A stretch of 64,000 nt of DNA, taken from positions 35,211 through 99,210 of the forward strand of contig VRVR01000040.1 of assembly GCA_009859145.1 (NCBI GenBank). Direction: 5' to 3'. This stretch comes from Andalucia godoyi And28 (lineage: Eukaryota; Protista; Jakobida). Shown piece after piece: positions 1-12,379 of the stretch (position 1 is the stretch's first letter; each line of letters opens with the position of its first letter). A program made the translations under genes and the position numbers. Below the pieces are notes generated by a model that ran no database searches, was not told where the DNA came from, and was given only the letters and a program-made list of their open reading frames with translations.

Positions 1-2873
1 TTAGAGGAAGGCGGCGAAAAGACGGTGGAAGAATACTTTGAGTCCGAACGATCGAACGTCTTCGAGCTTGATTCATTGAATGAGAATCGCATGGAAGCAG
101 ATCCCGAAGTGGACGAAGCGTCAGTGTAGTGATCCGACCGTGCTTGCACCACAATAACATCTGGACGAGTGTCGAGAAGCTCGACGAGAAACGCTTGAAA
201 TTCGCTCTGCATTAGTGTCCATACATTCCGCGGATTCAGAATACTTTCTGCGGAACTGCTCGCACCCGACGCCGACGCCGCGCCGCTTGATGTGACTAGC
301 CCAAGACAAGATCGCACAATCTCAACAAAATCCGATCGATCCTTGTCAAAAAGCCGCTCCCAAGAGCTGTCGTTCTTGTCGTACAAGCTGAGATACTCGG
401 CCTTGAGAGTGGCCTCAAAAATAGAAAACAAGTCTTGAACGAGAAAACCAGCCTTCCCATCCGATGCTTGCGTTGCGTGCTGCGCAGTCCAGAGATTGGG
501 GCGCTCGAGGAATGTGGTCCTGAATTGTACCAATGCTCGCTGGTTCGGCGTCCCTTCGTCCAATTCTTCTTCTCGTGACTGAATCTTCGATGAAAGCAAT
601 GGCTTAAACTGGGACATTTCGTCCTTTGTGAGCACATTCTTCTTCTTCTTGTCAGAGCCTGCAAAGTCATCTCGCGGCCTTGTAATATGCACAACCAACC
701 GATGAATTCGTCGCAGGATAGAGTAGTACCGCAGGCAAACGACAGAAGTGAACTTTCGAAGTCTGCATTCGTGGAGGTTGCCAGGAAGAAACCGTTTGAG
801 AGACCCTCCTCTTTCGTCTCCGACAATTTCCCATTCATTGTCTTGCCCATTTTCAACATCAAACGCGTCGAGCACGCTGCTGAAGAACTCGTCGTCGTCT
901 TCCTCCTGAAGAGACAGAAAATCCTCGAGACGGAGGACGGAAGAGCACTCCCGCAGAGTGCTCAGGATGACCCCACGAAGATCCCCCTTCATTGTTTTCC
1001 AAACGGCAGCAGAGGCATCCTCGACTCGTCCCAGCATGCGGAGTGCTTCTACTTGTTCTTCCACTTCCTCGTCATTCTCAAAAACGCGCGACGATAGTCC
1101 TCTGATGGCCGATTGCTGCAAACCACTGGTCTGACCTTCCACAGTGGTTCTTCGAATCGGATCCACCGAGAAAACTGCCCGCTGCAATTGGTTAATCATT
1201 TTTTCCACCATATCTTCTCGGACTTCCTTCATCTCGTCACGGATATCACGAAGCGCCCGGATCGGATGCAGTTCAGGAGAGTCCAGTCCCTGAATTGTGA
1301 CGAGCAACAGCGAGGCTGCACGCTTCCATTCTCGTTTTTCCAAGGCCTGCTTGACATGATCGGGGGCCTCGCACAATTCCTGCACTTGTTGCAAAATTTG
1401 CAAGCATCGAGATACATGAACTGACTGCAGCCACAGCGACCTAAGATCGTCCTGCTGCGCCGAAAGAATCGTTCGGGTCTTGACAGAATTGTTGTTTCGA
1501 AGTCCGCCAACAATGTTCTTTGCATCGTCCATTTTCGCCATCATTTGTGAAAAGTACCCAATCGAGGCGGAGAACGCTCCGTAATGAGACGTGACGAGAG
1601 CATTCACAGTGCGATCTGCAACTGCAAAATGTCGAAGAGACTCTGCAAGCTTCTTCTCCCGGTCCTTGTTGGAAAGGATCTCCATTACAAAGGGAATGGG
1701 GTCAAAGTCCTTGGGGTCCGCAATATACACTCTTGGAACGCTGTCCATATCCTTCAGCATCGCACGCAGCCTTTCTCTGGGTATTGTCTGGGCAGGTGCA
1801 TCCGCTCGCGCATCCGGAGGCGGCATGGGCAACTCTGCAGTCTCTGCAAGCTCTTCTAAGCGCTCCTTTCCCGATGCGATTCTCGCAGAAAGCGAAAAGT
1901 CCGGGTCATCATTCAGCAAGTGCGAAAAATCAAGCTCGTCGAGTTTCTCGACCTCATTTTCATCTTCGCCGTCTTCGTCGCTACCACTGCGTCCACGCCG
2001 ACGGCCCGCTCCTGCCTTCGTCTTGCCAGATCTGCCAGCATTTGCATACCCACCACCGCCACCATCCTCCTCCTCCTCTCCCGACTCTACCTGTTTCGGC
2101 TCTTCCGTGAACATTACGCTCCCTTTTCTCGCTCCTGCAACTCGAGACCGGATTCTCGAGCCACCCGACGCCTCGGAATCCTCCATGCCACTGCTATTTT
2201 TTATCTTGCTGATGTTTGACCGAACCTTCGACCAACTGCCTCCACCTGAGCCTTGCGCTGTCTCGTTTTTCTGCTGCTGCAACTTGGATTTGTATCGCGG
2301 ATGTGGCTCCGCACCACCACCGTCGTCATCCCCGTCTTCCTCCGCGTCCTCCTCTTCATGACGATCACGGGCGCCTGTACGGCTGCGGTGGGCATCATCG
2401 TCATCATCATGGTCATCATTACCATTACCATCACCATCACCATCACCATCACCATCACCATCACCATGGTCACGGCCACTGTCCCGGTTTCTAGCTTTCG
2501 ATCGCGACGGCCCATCTCGACTTCGAAGAGAAGACGTCGACCCCACAAACGTATTTCGACGAGTCAACGGCCCACCATGGTCTGCATCGTCACCATCATC
2601 TGCATCTCCGCCATGATTACCACCACCGTCGTCATTGTCGTCGTCATATTGAAACCTACTTGCTCCACCTGCTCGATCTTTTCGTCCCGCAAACGAAGCC
2701 GATCCTGCCGATCCCTTCAATGACGCAAGACTCGCTGGAGGCACAGGCTCTTCATCCAGTAACGACCGTCCGGGCTTCAGCTGGATCTCCGGCGCCTCAT
2801 CATCTCGATCTCGATCTCGAAGCAAGCGCCGATGACGACTTGCCGCCGTTGTATTCCGATATCCCGACCTCAT
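1..2873 (-). CDS. SEC8: Exocyst complex component Sec8/EXOC4, N-terminal part; runs off the window start
   Basis: Hand translation of one minus frame from ATG 2873 that appears open to the window edge; absent from the ORF track because it has no stop. After an acidic low-complexity N-terminus it reads DFDPIPFVMEILSNKDREKKLAESLRHFAVADRTVNALVTSHYGAFSASIGYF...LRSLWLQS...ILQQVQELCEAPDHV, matching the Sec8 N-terminal domain pattern. A short upstream exon near 3028 is possible. Confidence 0.72.
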   Translation of the reverse strand, partial: MRSGYRNTTAASRHRRLLRDRDRDDEAPEIQLKPGRSLLDEEPVPPASLASLKGSAGSASFAGRKDRAGGASRFQYDDDNDDGGGNHGGDADDGDDADHGGPLTRRNTFVGSTSSLRSRDGPSRSKARNRDSGRDHGDGDGDGDGDGDGNGNDDHDDDDDAHRSRTGARDRHEEEDAEEDGDDDGGGAEPHPRYKSKLQQQKNETAQGSGGGSWSKVRSNISKIKNSSGMEDSEASGGSRIRSRVAGARKGSVMFTEEPKQVESGEEEEDGGGGGYANAGRSGKTKAGAGRRRGRSGSDEDGEDENEVEKLDELDFSHLLNDDPDFSLSARIASGKERLEELAETAELPMPPPDARADAPAQTIPRERLRAMLKDMDSVPRVYIADPKDFDPIPFVMEILSNKDREKKLAESLRHFAVADRTVNALVTSHYGAFSASIGYFSQMMAKMDDAKNIVGGLRNNNSVKTRTILSAQQDDLRSLWLQSVHVSRCLQILQQVQELCEAPDHVKQALEKREWKRAASLLLVTIQGLDSPELHPIRALRDIRDEMKEVREDMVEKMINQLQRAVFSVDPIRRTTVEGQTSGLQQSAIRGLSSRVFENDEEVEEQVEALRMLGRVEDASAAVWKTMKGDLRGVILSTLRECSSVLRLEDFLSLQEEDDDEFFSSVLDAFDVENGQDNEWEIVGDERGGSLKRFLPGNLHECRLRKFTSVVCLRYYSILRRIHRLVVHITRPRDDFAGSDKKKKNVLTKDEMSQFKPLLSSKIQSREEELDEGTPNQRALVQFRTTFLERPNLWTAQHATQASDGKAGFLVQDLFSIFEATLKAEYLSLYDKNDSSWERLFDKDRSDFVEIVRSCLGLVTSSGAASASGASSSAESILNPRNVWTLMQSEFQAFLVELLDTRPDVIVVQARSDHYTDASSTSGSASMRFSFNESSSKTFDRSDSKYSSTVFSPPSS

Positions 2874-3443
2874 AATGCAATGCCCCAACACACTTTTTTC
2901 GTCCCTACGTCTCTTTTCGTTCACTAAAATCTATACAATGATCCTCTCTTGAATTTTTTCCTGCTTCAAAAATTAATAATAATTAACAAAAACAATCTCA
3001 CTCGATGAAAACAGCGTCTCGATCTCATGAAAAATAAAAGACGACGACGAGCTTCGAATGCAAATTTGCCGGACCATTTCCCCCACAATTGATATAGACG
3101 AAATGAATCGCAGGTTAGCGGATCGGAGGATACCGAGGACTTTCCCGCGAACGTTAATTTTTTTCTCCTATTGAATTTTCTGTTTTCGTTTTGTTAATTA
3201 TATTTTATCATAATAATATTTTTCTTGGCAAACTCGTGTCTTGAAAAAAGCGTGTTTTCCCATTATTTTCTCCATTTTTCCTGCTTTCCTTCTGCGCTTC
3301 TTCTTTCCATTGCTTCATATATTTTTCTTCCGTCTAATTTTTCTCGTCATTTATCCACACATTTTCTCGTCTCCCTACATTTTCACTGTATCTGCACGGC
3401 ATACAAAAAGAAAAAGAAAAAAAAACGAGTCTTACCTGGAAGC

Positions 3444-6400
3444 ATGTCTGCGATGAACACATCGACGGACAAGCTACGCCAGCTTCGCGAGCTTGCAGAC
3501 GACATGCATTCGAGAGTGCATGCGCTTTCACAACGGAAAATCGCACAGCCATCGCACTCCATCTCTTCCACGCCTCGCTTTTCACCATCGAGGTCAGCTT
3601 CCAGAAGGTATGATTGCTTGCTGTTTGTTGTTTTGTTTTTCGGTCTTCTTCGCACAATGTTCGTTCGCTGTGTACAATCAGTACGCTCTGACTACGAGTT
3701 ATAATGCGCCTTCTTCTTCTTCTTCTTCTTCTTCTTCTTTGTATTGACAATTTTGTTTTGCCGTGGGGCTTTTTGGGGGGATAGACCGTCTCCTCGGCAA
3801 GCTGTGTTCTCACCGGAGCGTCCATCGTACAAAGGAGCTCCTAGATCGCTTGACGAGTATCTCAGCAAATATGATCATTCGGCTCCTGCAACCGCATCTG
3901 CGCTTCCCACTGCTCGAGAACCGCGCAAGCTCACCGATGCCGATATCGACGTGCTCCTCAAGGCGTTTTCTTCTGAAAAGATCACTCCCCGAGTCGAGGC
4001 TGCCGCATCTCCGCCGAAGCGGTCCCTTGCGAATGATTCCATGATTCTGTTTCCTGTAGAAAACGACGCTGCCGCGGGGAAGGCGCCTGTACGGGACATG
4101 ATGCCTGTTCGAAGAAGAGACAGCACAGAAAGGCTGAGCGAACTTCTTGGGTCACGCGATCGATCGGTGGCGGTATCCTTGGAAACACGGCTTTCACGTG
4201 AGGGAGGGAAAGTCGTGCCCGCCATCGACTCGCTGGTCAGTCGAAAAGAGGAACGGACCGTAGAAACTGCGAATGAGAGCAAGGAGAAATCCGGGAGCGA
4301 AAAGGAAGTGTCCAAGAAGAAGAGCAAGAATATTGCAAAAGCCAAAAACGAAAAGGAAAAGAGACACAAGCTCAAAAGCAAGAGCAAGGACAAGGACAAG
4401 GACAAGGACAAGGACAAGGACACGGGTCGGGGAAAGAGAGTGGTTGGAAACAGCCTGTCCGATGACGGTTCGGATTCGGATATGTCCAGCGTTCCTGAAG
4501 AAAAGGTCTCTCGGAGCAGCCGTCGAATTCGGGAATTTGATCGGCGCATCAGCCTCTCCCATAAATCCAGGAGGACCCAAAACGATGATTCGTCGTCGTC
4601 GTCGTTGTCCGATTCGCGCTCTTCTGCGCTCTCAAGCTCGACTTCTCAGACAACGAGCGACTCGGATGCTACGGATGCATTAATTGACGACTCTCGCAGA
4701 CGTTCCAGCGTGTTTTCTCGAAGACATCCACTCCTGTCCAGCGTGAACACGAGTCTCCGACTGCCACCAGAAGCAGTGTCCGGACAAGGACAAGGACAAG
4801 GACATCCGATACCCATCGACAGCTCGAGACTGTCTCAGGCGCCGTCCACAATTGCAAGTGTACCGCCTTTTGCGTACGATTCATGGGTCCCCCGCCAGCA
4901 AGATGTGAATGTTCCTTTCCTCCACCAGCACCATACGCAGCCTCCTGCGGGAATGGTGTCGGCTCCCAACGGACATGCTGCATCTGCTCTTGTTCCGCCG
5001 CCACTTCCTGCGCAGATTGCGCGAGCTGTCATTCCGCAGCAGCAATCGACTCCTCGGACGGAGGATGTTTCGGGCGAATTAAAAGATATGAAGGAAAATC
5101 AACGGCGTTTAGAGCATCGGTTTGACGAAACGTCTGTGCTGTTGAAGCAGATGCTCGAGGTTCTCGTTTCCCGCGAAGTTTCACAGGCTCAATACCGCGT
5201 CGAGGAACGTGCTTTGGGTGACGATGAACGTCGTATGAGATCTCGGTCGAAATCGCCTTCTAAGGAGGGGAGAAATCGTAGCCCAGAACGACCTCCAAAA
5301 TCGGAAGATAGAAAGAGAAGCCCAAAGAAAGATCGAGTCGGCCATCGGAATCTCATTACCATGGAAGCATCCGAGCTGGAAGATCTTGAACGCATTATCC
5401 GCGAGAAAGTGTTATATGAAGAAGCAGAAAAACGTCGATTGGAGTATGAGGAGGAGCAGCGGAGGCTCGCCGAAGAAGAGAGTCGACTGGCCCGTTTCGC
5501 TCGAGAAGAAGAGGAACTGAGAGAAAGGCTTCGACTGGAAGAGGAGGAGAAGAACAGGAAGGAACAGGAGGAGGATGAAAAGATGAAACGCCTTCTGACG
5601 ACTGTGGTATCAGAAGTCATGTCGAGGCTGGCTCCGCAGCCGCAGCCACAGCCACTGATTCCTCTTCGCACCTCTGCGGATGCGCAGGCAGTCGCATCCA
5701 TCCCCGTTGCGGATGAAGAATCTTCTCGGATGGCGCACCATCAACAGCAGCAACATCAAGAGGAAGAAGGAGGAGGAGGGCGACAACTGACGGCTGTCGA
5801 GGCTTCCTTGGAGGCTCCGAGCAAGCCTGCAATCGTTTCACAAGCTGATGTTGTTCCGCATGCGCCGGTTGCAATGTCTCGTGGACAAAATGGTGTTTCC
5901 GCATCATCCACTGATATCAGCATTCGGTCCTCTTCTCCTACCGGCATGCTGATGTCAAATCCTGCCTTGCCTCCACAAATCATCCGGAAGGTCGTCGACG
6001 AAAGCGTTCTTCATGCATCACATTTGCCGAAAGCCTCGACGTTGCGCAGATCTCCAGGAACGTCCTCCTCCGCCGGGTCGTCCTTCCAGGCTTCGACTAC
6101 CGGAACACACGCGTCGTCTCACTCTATGGCTCCAAGGGTTCGCATGCCCACGTCTCCCAAACGACTCAGCATCAGCGGCAGCTTGGTGGAAAAGGTGCAC
6201 TCCTCGGACGCTAAATCGGTCCGCACGGCTCCTCCTCCTCCTCCTCCAGCAGCACCGGCGGTGCCTGTTGTCCAGCCGGATACAGTGTCGACCGTTGATG
6301 GCCCTTCCAAGAAGGCGTCTTCTCCGAAATCAACGACTGCGGAAGCTGATCCGGCCGGCCGACGAGATGAACATACGCAAACTCCTGGGAAAAAAGCGAA

Positions 6401-7229
6401 AAAACCGCAAACCCCCGCGTCCAGTGCAGCGAAGAATGCAAAGCCGCCCATCAAGAAGCGAGAAAAGGCGGGTGAAGGAGCGTTTGCGGCGGACGACGAT
6501 GTTCACATATCTGAGTCTTCCAGTTCTGTGCCGATCGACAGGGTCCGCAGCCGGACTGGACGGCATGACGACCCGCATTTGCTTTCGGACTCGAAAGCGC
6601 ACGGTGCCTCGGCATCCACCAGGTTGAGTGACGGACCTCGCGAACGCAGAATGGAAGACCACGGAATTGTTTCCGATGTCGATGCCAATTTCATGTCGGA
6701 GATGAATCGGCTCCTTGCTCGACTTGGGTCCACGTCAAAACATGCCGACGAATATTCTCGATATGACAAATCCTACAGGACAGGTGCGAATTCCCATTAC
6801 GACGATCAAGACCATGAGTGGTCATCTCCGATGCAGGTTAGTGATCGAGCGTTTCCCCTCCAGTCTACCTCGCTGTCCTCCTCCGTCGCATCTTCCATCG
6901 CTGCTCCGGTATCCGTCTCACTCCTGGATTCGCAGCCTGCATCTCGTCGCCAGTCATTTGGATTTCAGCCGCATTTCGTCCCGTCAACGAAAAGCTCAGC
7001 TGACATTCTAATCCCACGTACTTCATTTGTTGGAAGTGCTCCGTTTTCGCAGCAGGATGGTATTCGTCCGTCTCTGCACGGTTCATATATTCCTGTTCAT
7101 GGAGAGCTGCAGCCCCCTCTTCCTCGTGATGATGCGCCTGCGATTGAACTGCCAACTACGAGAAATGTTTCGCAGTATCAATTCTCAGAAAGTTCGCCAC
7201 TAAAGCGACTGTCTCGCAATAGCCGGTAG
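3444..7229 (+). CDS. Hypothetical ~1200-aa low-complexity protein with central Glu/Arg coiled coil; 2 exons (3444-3607, 3785-7229)
   Basis: Exon 1 MSAMNTSTDKLRQ...SASR; donor GTATGA at 3608 and acceptor ATAG ending 3784 join in frame to ORF 3744..7229. No recognisable domain. Confidence 0.75.
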
Positions 7230-7436
7230 TCGTTGATGGACTTTTGGCGACCGAACCGCACTGGTCGACGGACGAAGCATCGTGTCAAATAAACAAGCAA
7301 CCATAATATGAGAAGAAGAAAGAAGAAGAAGAAAGTTTGGCGGAGAGAACCTGAATGTTTACGAAATGTTAGTTGTTTTGTTCCGCGCACTTGCGTAATC
7401 TATGATACAGTGAATTGTCAAACGGAGGCGTCCTGC

Positions 7437-8934
7437 TTAGGACACTGGCTCTTCTTCAGCCACGCTCAGCAAAGATCTCTGTTTCTTCGCTTCGTTGTTG
7501 AACTCCGCAATTTGCTGATCCGAAAAACTGAAACCGCGTTTGCGATTCCGAGCGGGTTTTTCGTCTTCCGGTGACGTTGGAGAAAACGGAGGCGGTGGCA
7601 ATGTCGCCAAAGGCGCGACATCGGTAAAAGGCCGCGTTGGTGTAGGGACACGAACGCCAGCCTTGGCTGCCTTGTCCGCGAGGTTCTTGGAGTCGGACGC
7701 CAGAATAGGATCAATAGGGATTGGAGACAGCGGCTGTTTGGAACGATGCGATCCTCCGTAGTGCGTTTGCTGGCTTTGAGCACTCGAGAGCATGCCGTCA
7801 CCGGCCGAGTGGGCAGAAGACATGAACGACGTATTCTGAGACGAGAACGAAGTGTTTGCGGAAGACGGAGCAGAGCCCGTGGATCCCGCTTCTATCGACG
7901 GGACAACAGGGGTTCCATTCATTGCCAAAGACGACTGCGGACCATTTCCACCGTGGATCGACATCCAACTGGGTGGTTCCATCATGCCAATCCGGGACAC
8001 AGATTTCTTATGCGGCCCGGTGGAGTTGGTGAATCCCCACTTCAGCAGATCATCCGGCGAACAGCTTGGGTTCATCGCAGATGCATATCCGCCCCCAAGA
8101 TAGCCCGAGTCTCCCATCAGATCGAGCACCATGGGAGTTCGGGGAGAAGGATGCATGCGCCTTTGGAGTCCGTGGATCGAAGCAGGGGAGAATGACTGCC
8201 GTCTGAATTGAGAATTTGAGAAGCCCGACGCAGTTTGCGCATTCACGCTGGAAGACATTACTGGCCCCAATGCTGCGGTTCCAGAACTGGCATTAGCAGC
8301 TGCTGCAGACGAGGAAGACGACGAGGCCGTGGCGTTCGCACTGTTGTTCGCTGCGTACGCGGAAGGAGCATACGGATCCGAGTCTGGAGAGAAGATGGCG
8401 GAGCGAAGATACGGATTTGCTGACTCGGAATCAGCATGGGAGCCGCGTACCGGAGTCGCAGCTACGAGGATGGATGGGGTTCCGAGGGGGAGAGGGGCAT
8501 GGAAAGCGCCATTTGGGCTGGCCGCAAACGAGTGATGGGCGGACGAGCTTCCGGAGACTAGTCCCATTGATTGGGCAAGCCCCGAAGAACCATGTGAGGA
8601 CTGCTCCTGTTTGCTGAAAAAGACGACGCCTCCGTGGCCGGATGGCGACTGTGCCTCTGGGAGCAAGCGCAGCGGAGAATGATCGGGGTGCTTGGAAATG
8701 TGTGGCGGTGTAGGCAAGAACGGCTTACCGAGCGAACTTGACAGCATGTGTGATGAGTTCCGTGACGAAGACCCCGGCATGCCCGCGCTTCCTGGAATCC
8801 CCATACTTGCCAGGGACCCAGAGGACCCAGAGGACTTCATCAGAGACCACGAGTATAGCTGCAGTTGCGACTGAGGCTGAGACTCGACATGCTGAAATTG
8901 CCCATGCTGCTGCTGATGGACCAGCTGCTGCTGC

Positions 8935-8965
<31 letters not shown>

Positions 8966-9656
8966 CTTGTTGCAGCTGTTGGTGCTGATGCTTCACGACT
9001 GTTCGCTCACCTGCAAGCAGCTCGAGTCGGACTCCGACCTCGGACAAGACCTCGTTGGACGGAGCGACTTCCTTCTTCTCCGCCTTTCTCTTCAACGTCG
9101 AGTTCCAATGATTCTTGATCGCATTATCGGTTCTTCCATCCAGAAGCTTCGAGATTGTCGACCACTTGTTTCCAATCACGATATGTGCTGCAACAATCGT
9201 CAGGTCCTCCAAGTCGGTCCACGGCTCTTTTCTGATATTCGTATCGAGGTGATTGTGGAATCTCTCTCTGCACTGCTTCCCAATGCGTCCATCAAGCTGA
9301 CGCGCAATCAGCGACCACTTCTTAGTCCCGTGCTTCTTCACCAGCTCCAGCAGCCTCATGTCCTCTTCCTGCGTCCAAGGACCCTTCACCGTGTTTGTGT
9401 TCATCACTTTTGACCATCGATGCCGACACTGAACCGCCGTCCGTCCCTTCAAACACTCTGAAATCCGCTTCCAGTTCTTCCCTCCAAAATCCGACACCGC
9501 AGATTTAAGCAGCTCATCCTCCGCCTCCGTCCAGCGCCCCCGAACTCCCTCATCATCTGAACACCCTTCGTCGCTCGACCCGTCGTCATCCGATTCGCGC
9601 TCTCCAACCACCCCACAGTCCCCGATCAACGTCGGAAGTGGTGCTTCATGAGACAT
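7437..9656 (-). CDS. R1R2R3 (3R)-MYB transcription factor, c-Myb/B-Myb-like
   Basis: Three MYB repeats with regularly spaced Trp: [10 protein letters not shown]..., KGPWTQEED...[22 protein letters not shown]...[18 protein letters not shown]. Probable start MSHEAP at 9656. Confidence 0.93.
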
Positions 9657-9764
9657 TTCCTTCTTCTTCTTCTTCTTCTTCTGATACAATGTTGTTACAA
9701 TTATCAATGATAGTACTGAAGAAATTTGGTGTACAGCCGAACCAAAAAACTTGAACAACTACAA

Positions 9765-9819
9765 CTACTACAACAAGAGTAATAATAATAACAATAACAA
9801 TAACAATAACAATAACAAC

Positions 9820-9853
<34 letters not shown>
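9765..9853. repeat. (AAC/AAT)n trinucleotide microsatellite upstream of MYB
   Basis: Direct inspection. Confidence 0.9.
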
Positions 9854-9855
<2 letters not shown>

Positions 9856-10369
9856 GAAGGAAGAATTAATATTTTTATTAATAAAAAAACAGAGAGAAAC
9901 AAAACAGAGGAAATGCTAAAACGAAAGAAAAGGAGCGTTTCTATCGGAACGTTGCGATTTCCTAAAGGGAAAGAACACGATCGATGGAGGGTCCAATTAG
10001 TGCATGTGCTAGGGTACGAGCAGGCAGGATCGTTGAACTAGTGCTTACACACTGGACGAGTGCGAGTCGCGCGCTTTCAAAAACTCATAACGACATTCGC
10101 AAACTGGCGGGATTTTTCACCTTGGGCGTGTTTTGTTTATGCTCTTCTTTTATTGTTTACAACAGGCAGAATGGAAGGTGGTTTTTTTTGTTTTTTGCAG
10201 TCCTCAAACTCGAGAGAAACTCAAGCGAGATCGCTCTTAGATCAAAAATGCACGAAAGAGACCAAAACACACGCAGAGAAAAACAACAAGGAAAACGCAA
10301 GTGTACACCAACACAAGGAGAAAGAAGAAGAAGAAGAAGAAGAAGAAGAAGAAGAAGAAGAAACGCGAG

Positions 10370-11122
10370 ATGAGTGCGGTTAATGAAGACTTTGCGAAGC
10401 TCAATGTCGCGGCTCTTCGGATACGATGCCGTGAAAGTGGGCTGAGCACTGGTGGCAAAAAGCAAGAATTGATCGATCGTCTCGTTTCGTTGCATCGAGC
10501 ACAGTTGTCTGCAAAGGCCGCTGACGACCGGGTGTCTACCAACTCGAATGACGACGGTATTTCAGATTCTGATTCTGATTCTGATTCTGGCTCAGCTCGC
10601 AACAGCAGCAGCAGCAGCAGCAGCGGTGGCGACGATGTCGATGAAAGAGAAGAAGCACAGGGAGAGAAAGGTTGGTCAAGCTTCAAGCCGTCCGCTCGGA
10701 TTGACTCGATTGCTTATCTGGACAGGCAGTCCGTGACACCAGCGGTGCATGCGCTAGTCGAGCAGGAGCTCTCACGACGCCCACCGCACATCCACTCAAC
10801 TGAGATTCCTGAGCCCGTGCTCCTGTCCACCTTGACGCCGCGGCAATGGAGCGAAAAAGCAAGAATCACCTTTGAGATCATGCGCAAATCACCACGACGC
10901 ATCGGCTTCTCCTCCTCCTCAATGGCCGTAGAGCAGTGGAAACGTGAGGCCACCGAGTATCTCAAGGCTTTGGAGAAGCACGAAAGCCAGGTGCTGGGTC
11001 GCATCCGCAACGAACAGGCGGAAATCAATGCCATCAACCAAACTAGAATGGCCCTTGCCAAACATGTACAAACATACATCTTCAATCACCTCCATCGTCC
11101 CGGGCCTCGCAGCCCTCCGTAA
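10370..11122 (+). CDS. SAP-domain protein with C-terminal coiled coil
   Basis: N-terminal FAKLNVAALRIRCRESGLSTGGKKQELIDRL fits the SAP motif; ATG at 10370 follows a (GAA)n tract. Confidence 0.8.
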   Translation: MSAVNEDFAKLNVAALRIRCRESGLSTGGKKQELIDRLVSLHRAQLSAKAADDRVSTNSNDDGISDSDSDSDSGSARNSSSSSSSGGDDVDEREEAQGEKGWSSFKPSARIDSIAYLDRQSVTPAVHALVEQELSRRPPHIHSTEIPEPVLLSTLTPRQWSEKARITFEIMRKSPRRIGFSSSSMAVEQWKREATEYLKALEKHESQVLGRIRNEQAEINAINQTRMALAKHVQTYIFNHLHRPGPRSPP

Positions 11123-11465
11123 TCGAAAATGACCCAAATGGAAAACAAAGAGGAAAAACGCCCAGGGGATTTTACTGACTGTAAATAATAATAATAATAA
11201 TAATAATAATAATTCCATGTCGACGGCTGTCAACCTGTTTATTCACTTGAATCGGAGGGTTCTTGACTTGACCCGAGGCTGCTGCTTGTGTCGCTTCAGT
11301 ATTTGTCATTGCTTTGATTTTCTTCGTTCTTTGCTAATTTCTTACATATATTTTAATTTTTACTGTTGTCTTGTGTTTGGGTATTCCATCTCTCCTTTTT
11401 ATTATTATTATTATTATTAGTAGTAGTAGTATTGTTATTGCTTTCTTGAGGAAAAGAAGGTTGGC

Positions 11466-11468
<3 letters not shown>

Positions 11469-11500
<32 letters not shown>

Positions 11501-11520
11501 TGTGTGTGTGTGTGTGTGTG
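11469..11520. repeat. (GA)n(GT)n compound microsatellite just upstream of PSMB6
   Basis: Direct inspection; ends ~17 bp before ATG 11537. Confidence 0.9.
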
Positions 11521-11536
11521 ATTCAGAGAGAGAAAA

Positions 11537-12226
11537 ATGTCCGTGATTGCGTCGAATGTTCAGCATATTGATGATCCATTGTCGGATCTGTCGCAGCCGC
11601 ACTCGATGGGAACGACGATTATAGCCGCGGTGTATGCGGACGGAGTGATTCTTGGGGCCGATTCGCGGACATCGACGGGATCGTATGTCGCAAACCGCGC
11701 GTCCAACAAGCTGACGGAAGTCGCTCCGAACATCTATTGCTGCCGCTCGGGCTCGGCGGCGGACACGCAGGCTGTGTCGGACACGGTGCGCATGCATCTA
11801 GGTACGCTGCAAATGGAACTTGGCACGCAGATTGATGTCGCAACGGCCGCAAAGCTGTTTTCTCTCATCTGCTATTCCAACAAGGACAAGCTCATGGCGG
11901 GCATCATTGTTGCGGGATGCTCAGATGCAGAGGGTCCTGCGGTGTACAATATCCCGCTGGGAGGATCAATGCACAAGTTGCCATATGCAGTGGGTGGTTC
12001 CGGCTCCACGTACGTGATGGGATTCTGCGACGCGAATTACAGACAGGGAATGCAGAAGGACGAATGCATCGAGTTTGTCAGAAGAGCTCTGTCGCACGCC
12101 ATGGAGAGAGACGGCTCGTCTGGCGGAATCATGAGAACAGTCGTCATCACAAAGGACGGCGTTCAACGAGAAATGTTGCCCCTCGACAAGTTTGCATACG
12201 TCAAGACCATTCCCACATACCAGTGA
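11537..12226 (+). CDS. PSMB6: 20S proteasome subunit beta type-6 (beta1, Pre3)
   Basis: Propeptide then G|TTIIA catalytic Thr; ILGADSRTSTGSYVANR, CRSGSAADTQA, GGSGSTY and RDGSSGG motifs. Confidence 0.97.
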   Translation: MSVIASNVQHIDDPLSDLSQPHSMGTTIIAAVYADGVILGADSRTSTGSYVANRASNKLTEVAPNIYCCRSGSAADTQAVSDTVRMHLGTLQMELGTQIDVATAAKLFSLICYSNKDKLMAGIIVAGCSDAEGPAVYNIPLGGSMHKLPYAVGGSGSTYVMGFCDANYRQGMQKDECIEFVRRALSHAMERDGSSGGIMRTVVITKDGVQREMLPLDKFAYVKTIPTYQ

Positions 12227-12379
12227 TCCATAAAAATGCACCCCATAAGCAGTGGTAATGAACAAAACGAAAATTAAAAAAGTAATCAAAAATGACGGTG
12301 GGGCTTCAAAAGTCTGTACACAAATAGAACACAGAATCCTCTTTTTTTAATCATTCTGCTGCATGCTCTTGGTATCGTA

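Noticed and set aside
121-2875. Many plus-strand and short ORFs in the track (e.g. 1591..2361, 2253..2723)
   Set aside because: They are antisense or alternative-frame shadows of the long minus-strand Sec8 frame; the same applies to most nested ORFs under the large genes.
10451-10459. GGTGGCAAA, identical to the yeast Rpn4 PACE element, ~1.1 kb upstream of PSMB6
   Set aside because: It lies inside the SAP coding sequence (Gly-Gly-Lys), and no copy was seen near RPN6; most likely chance.
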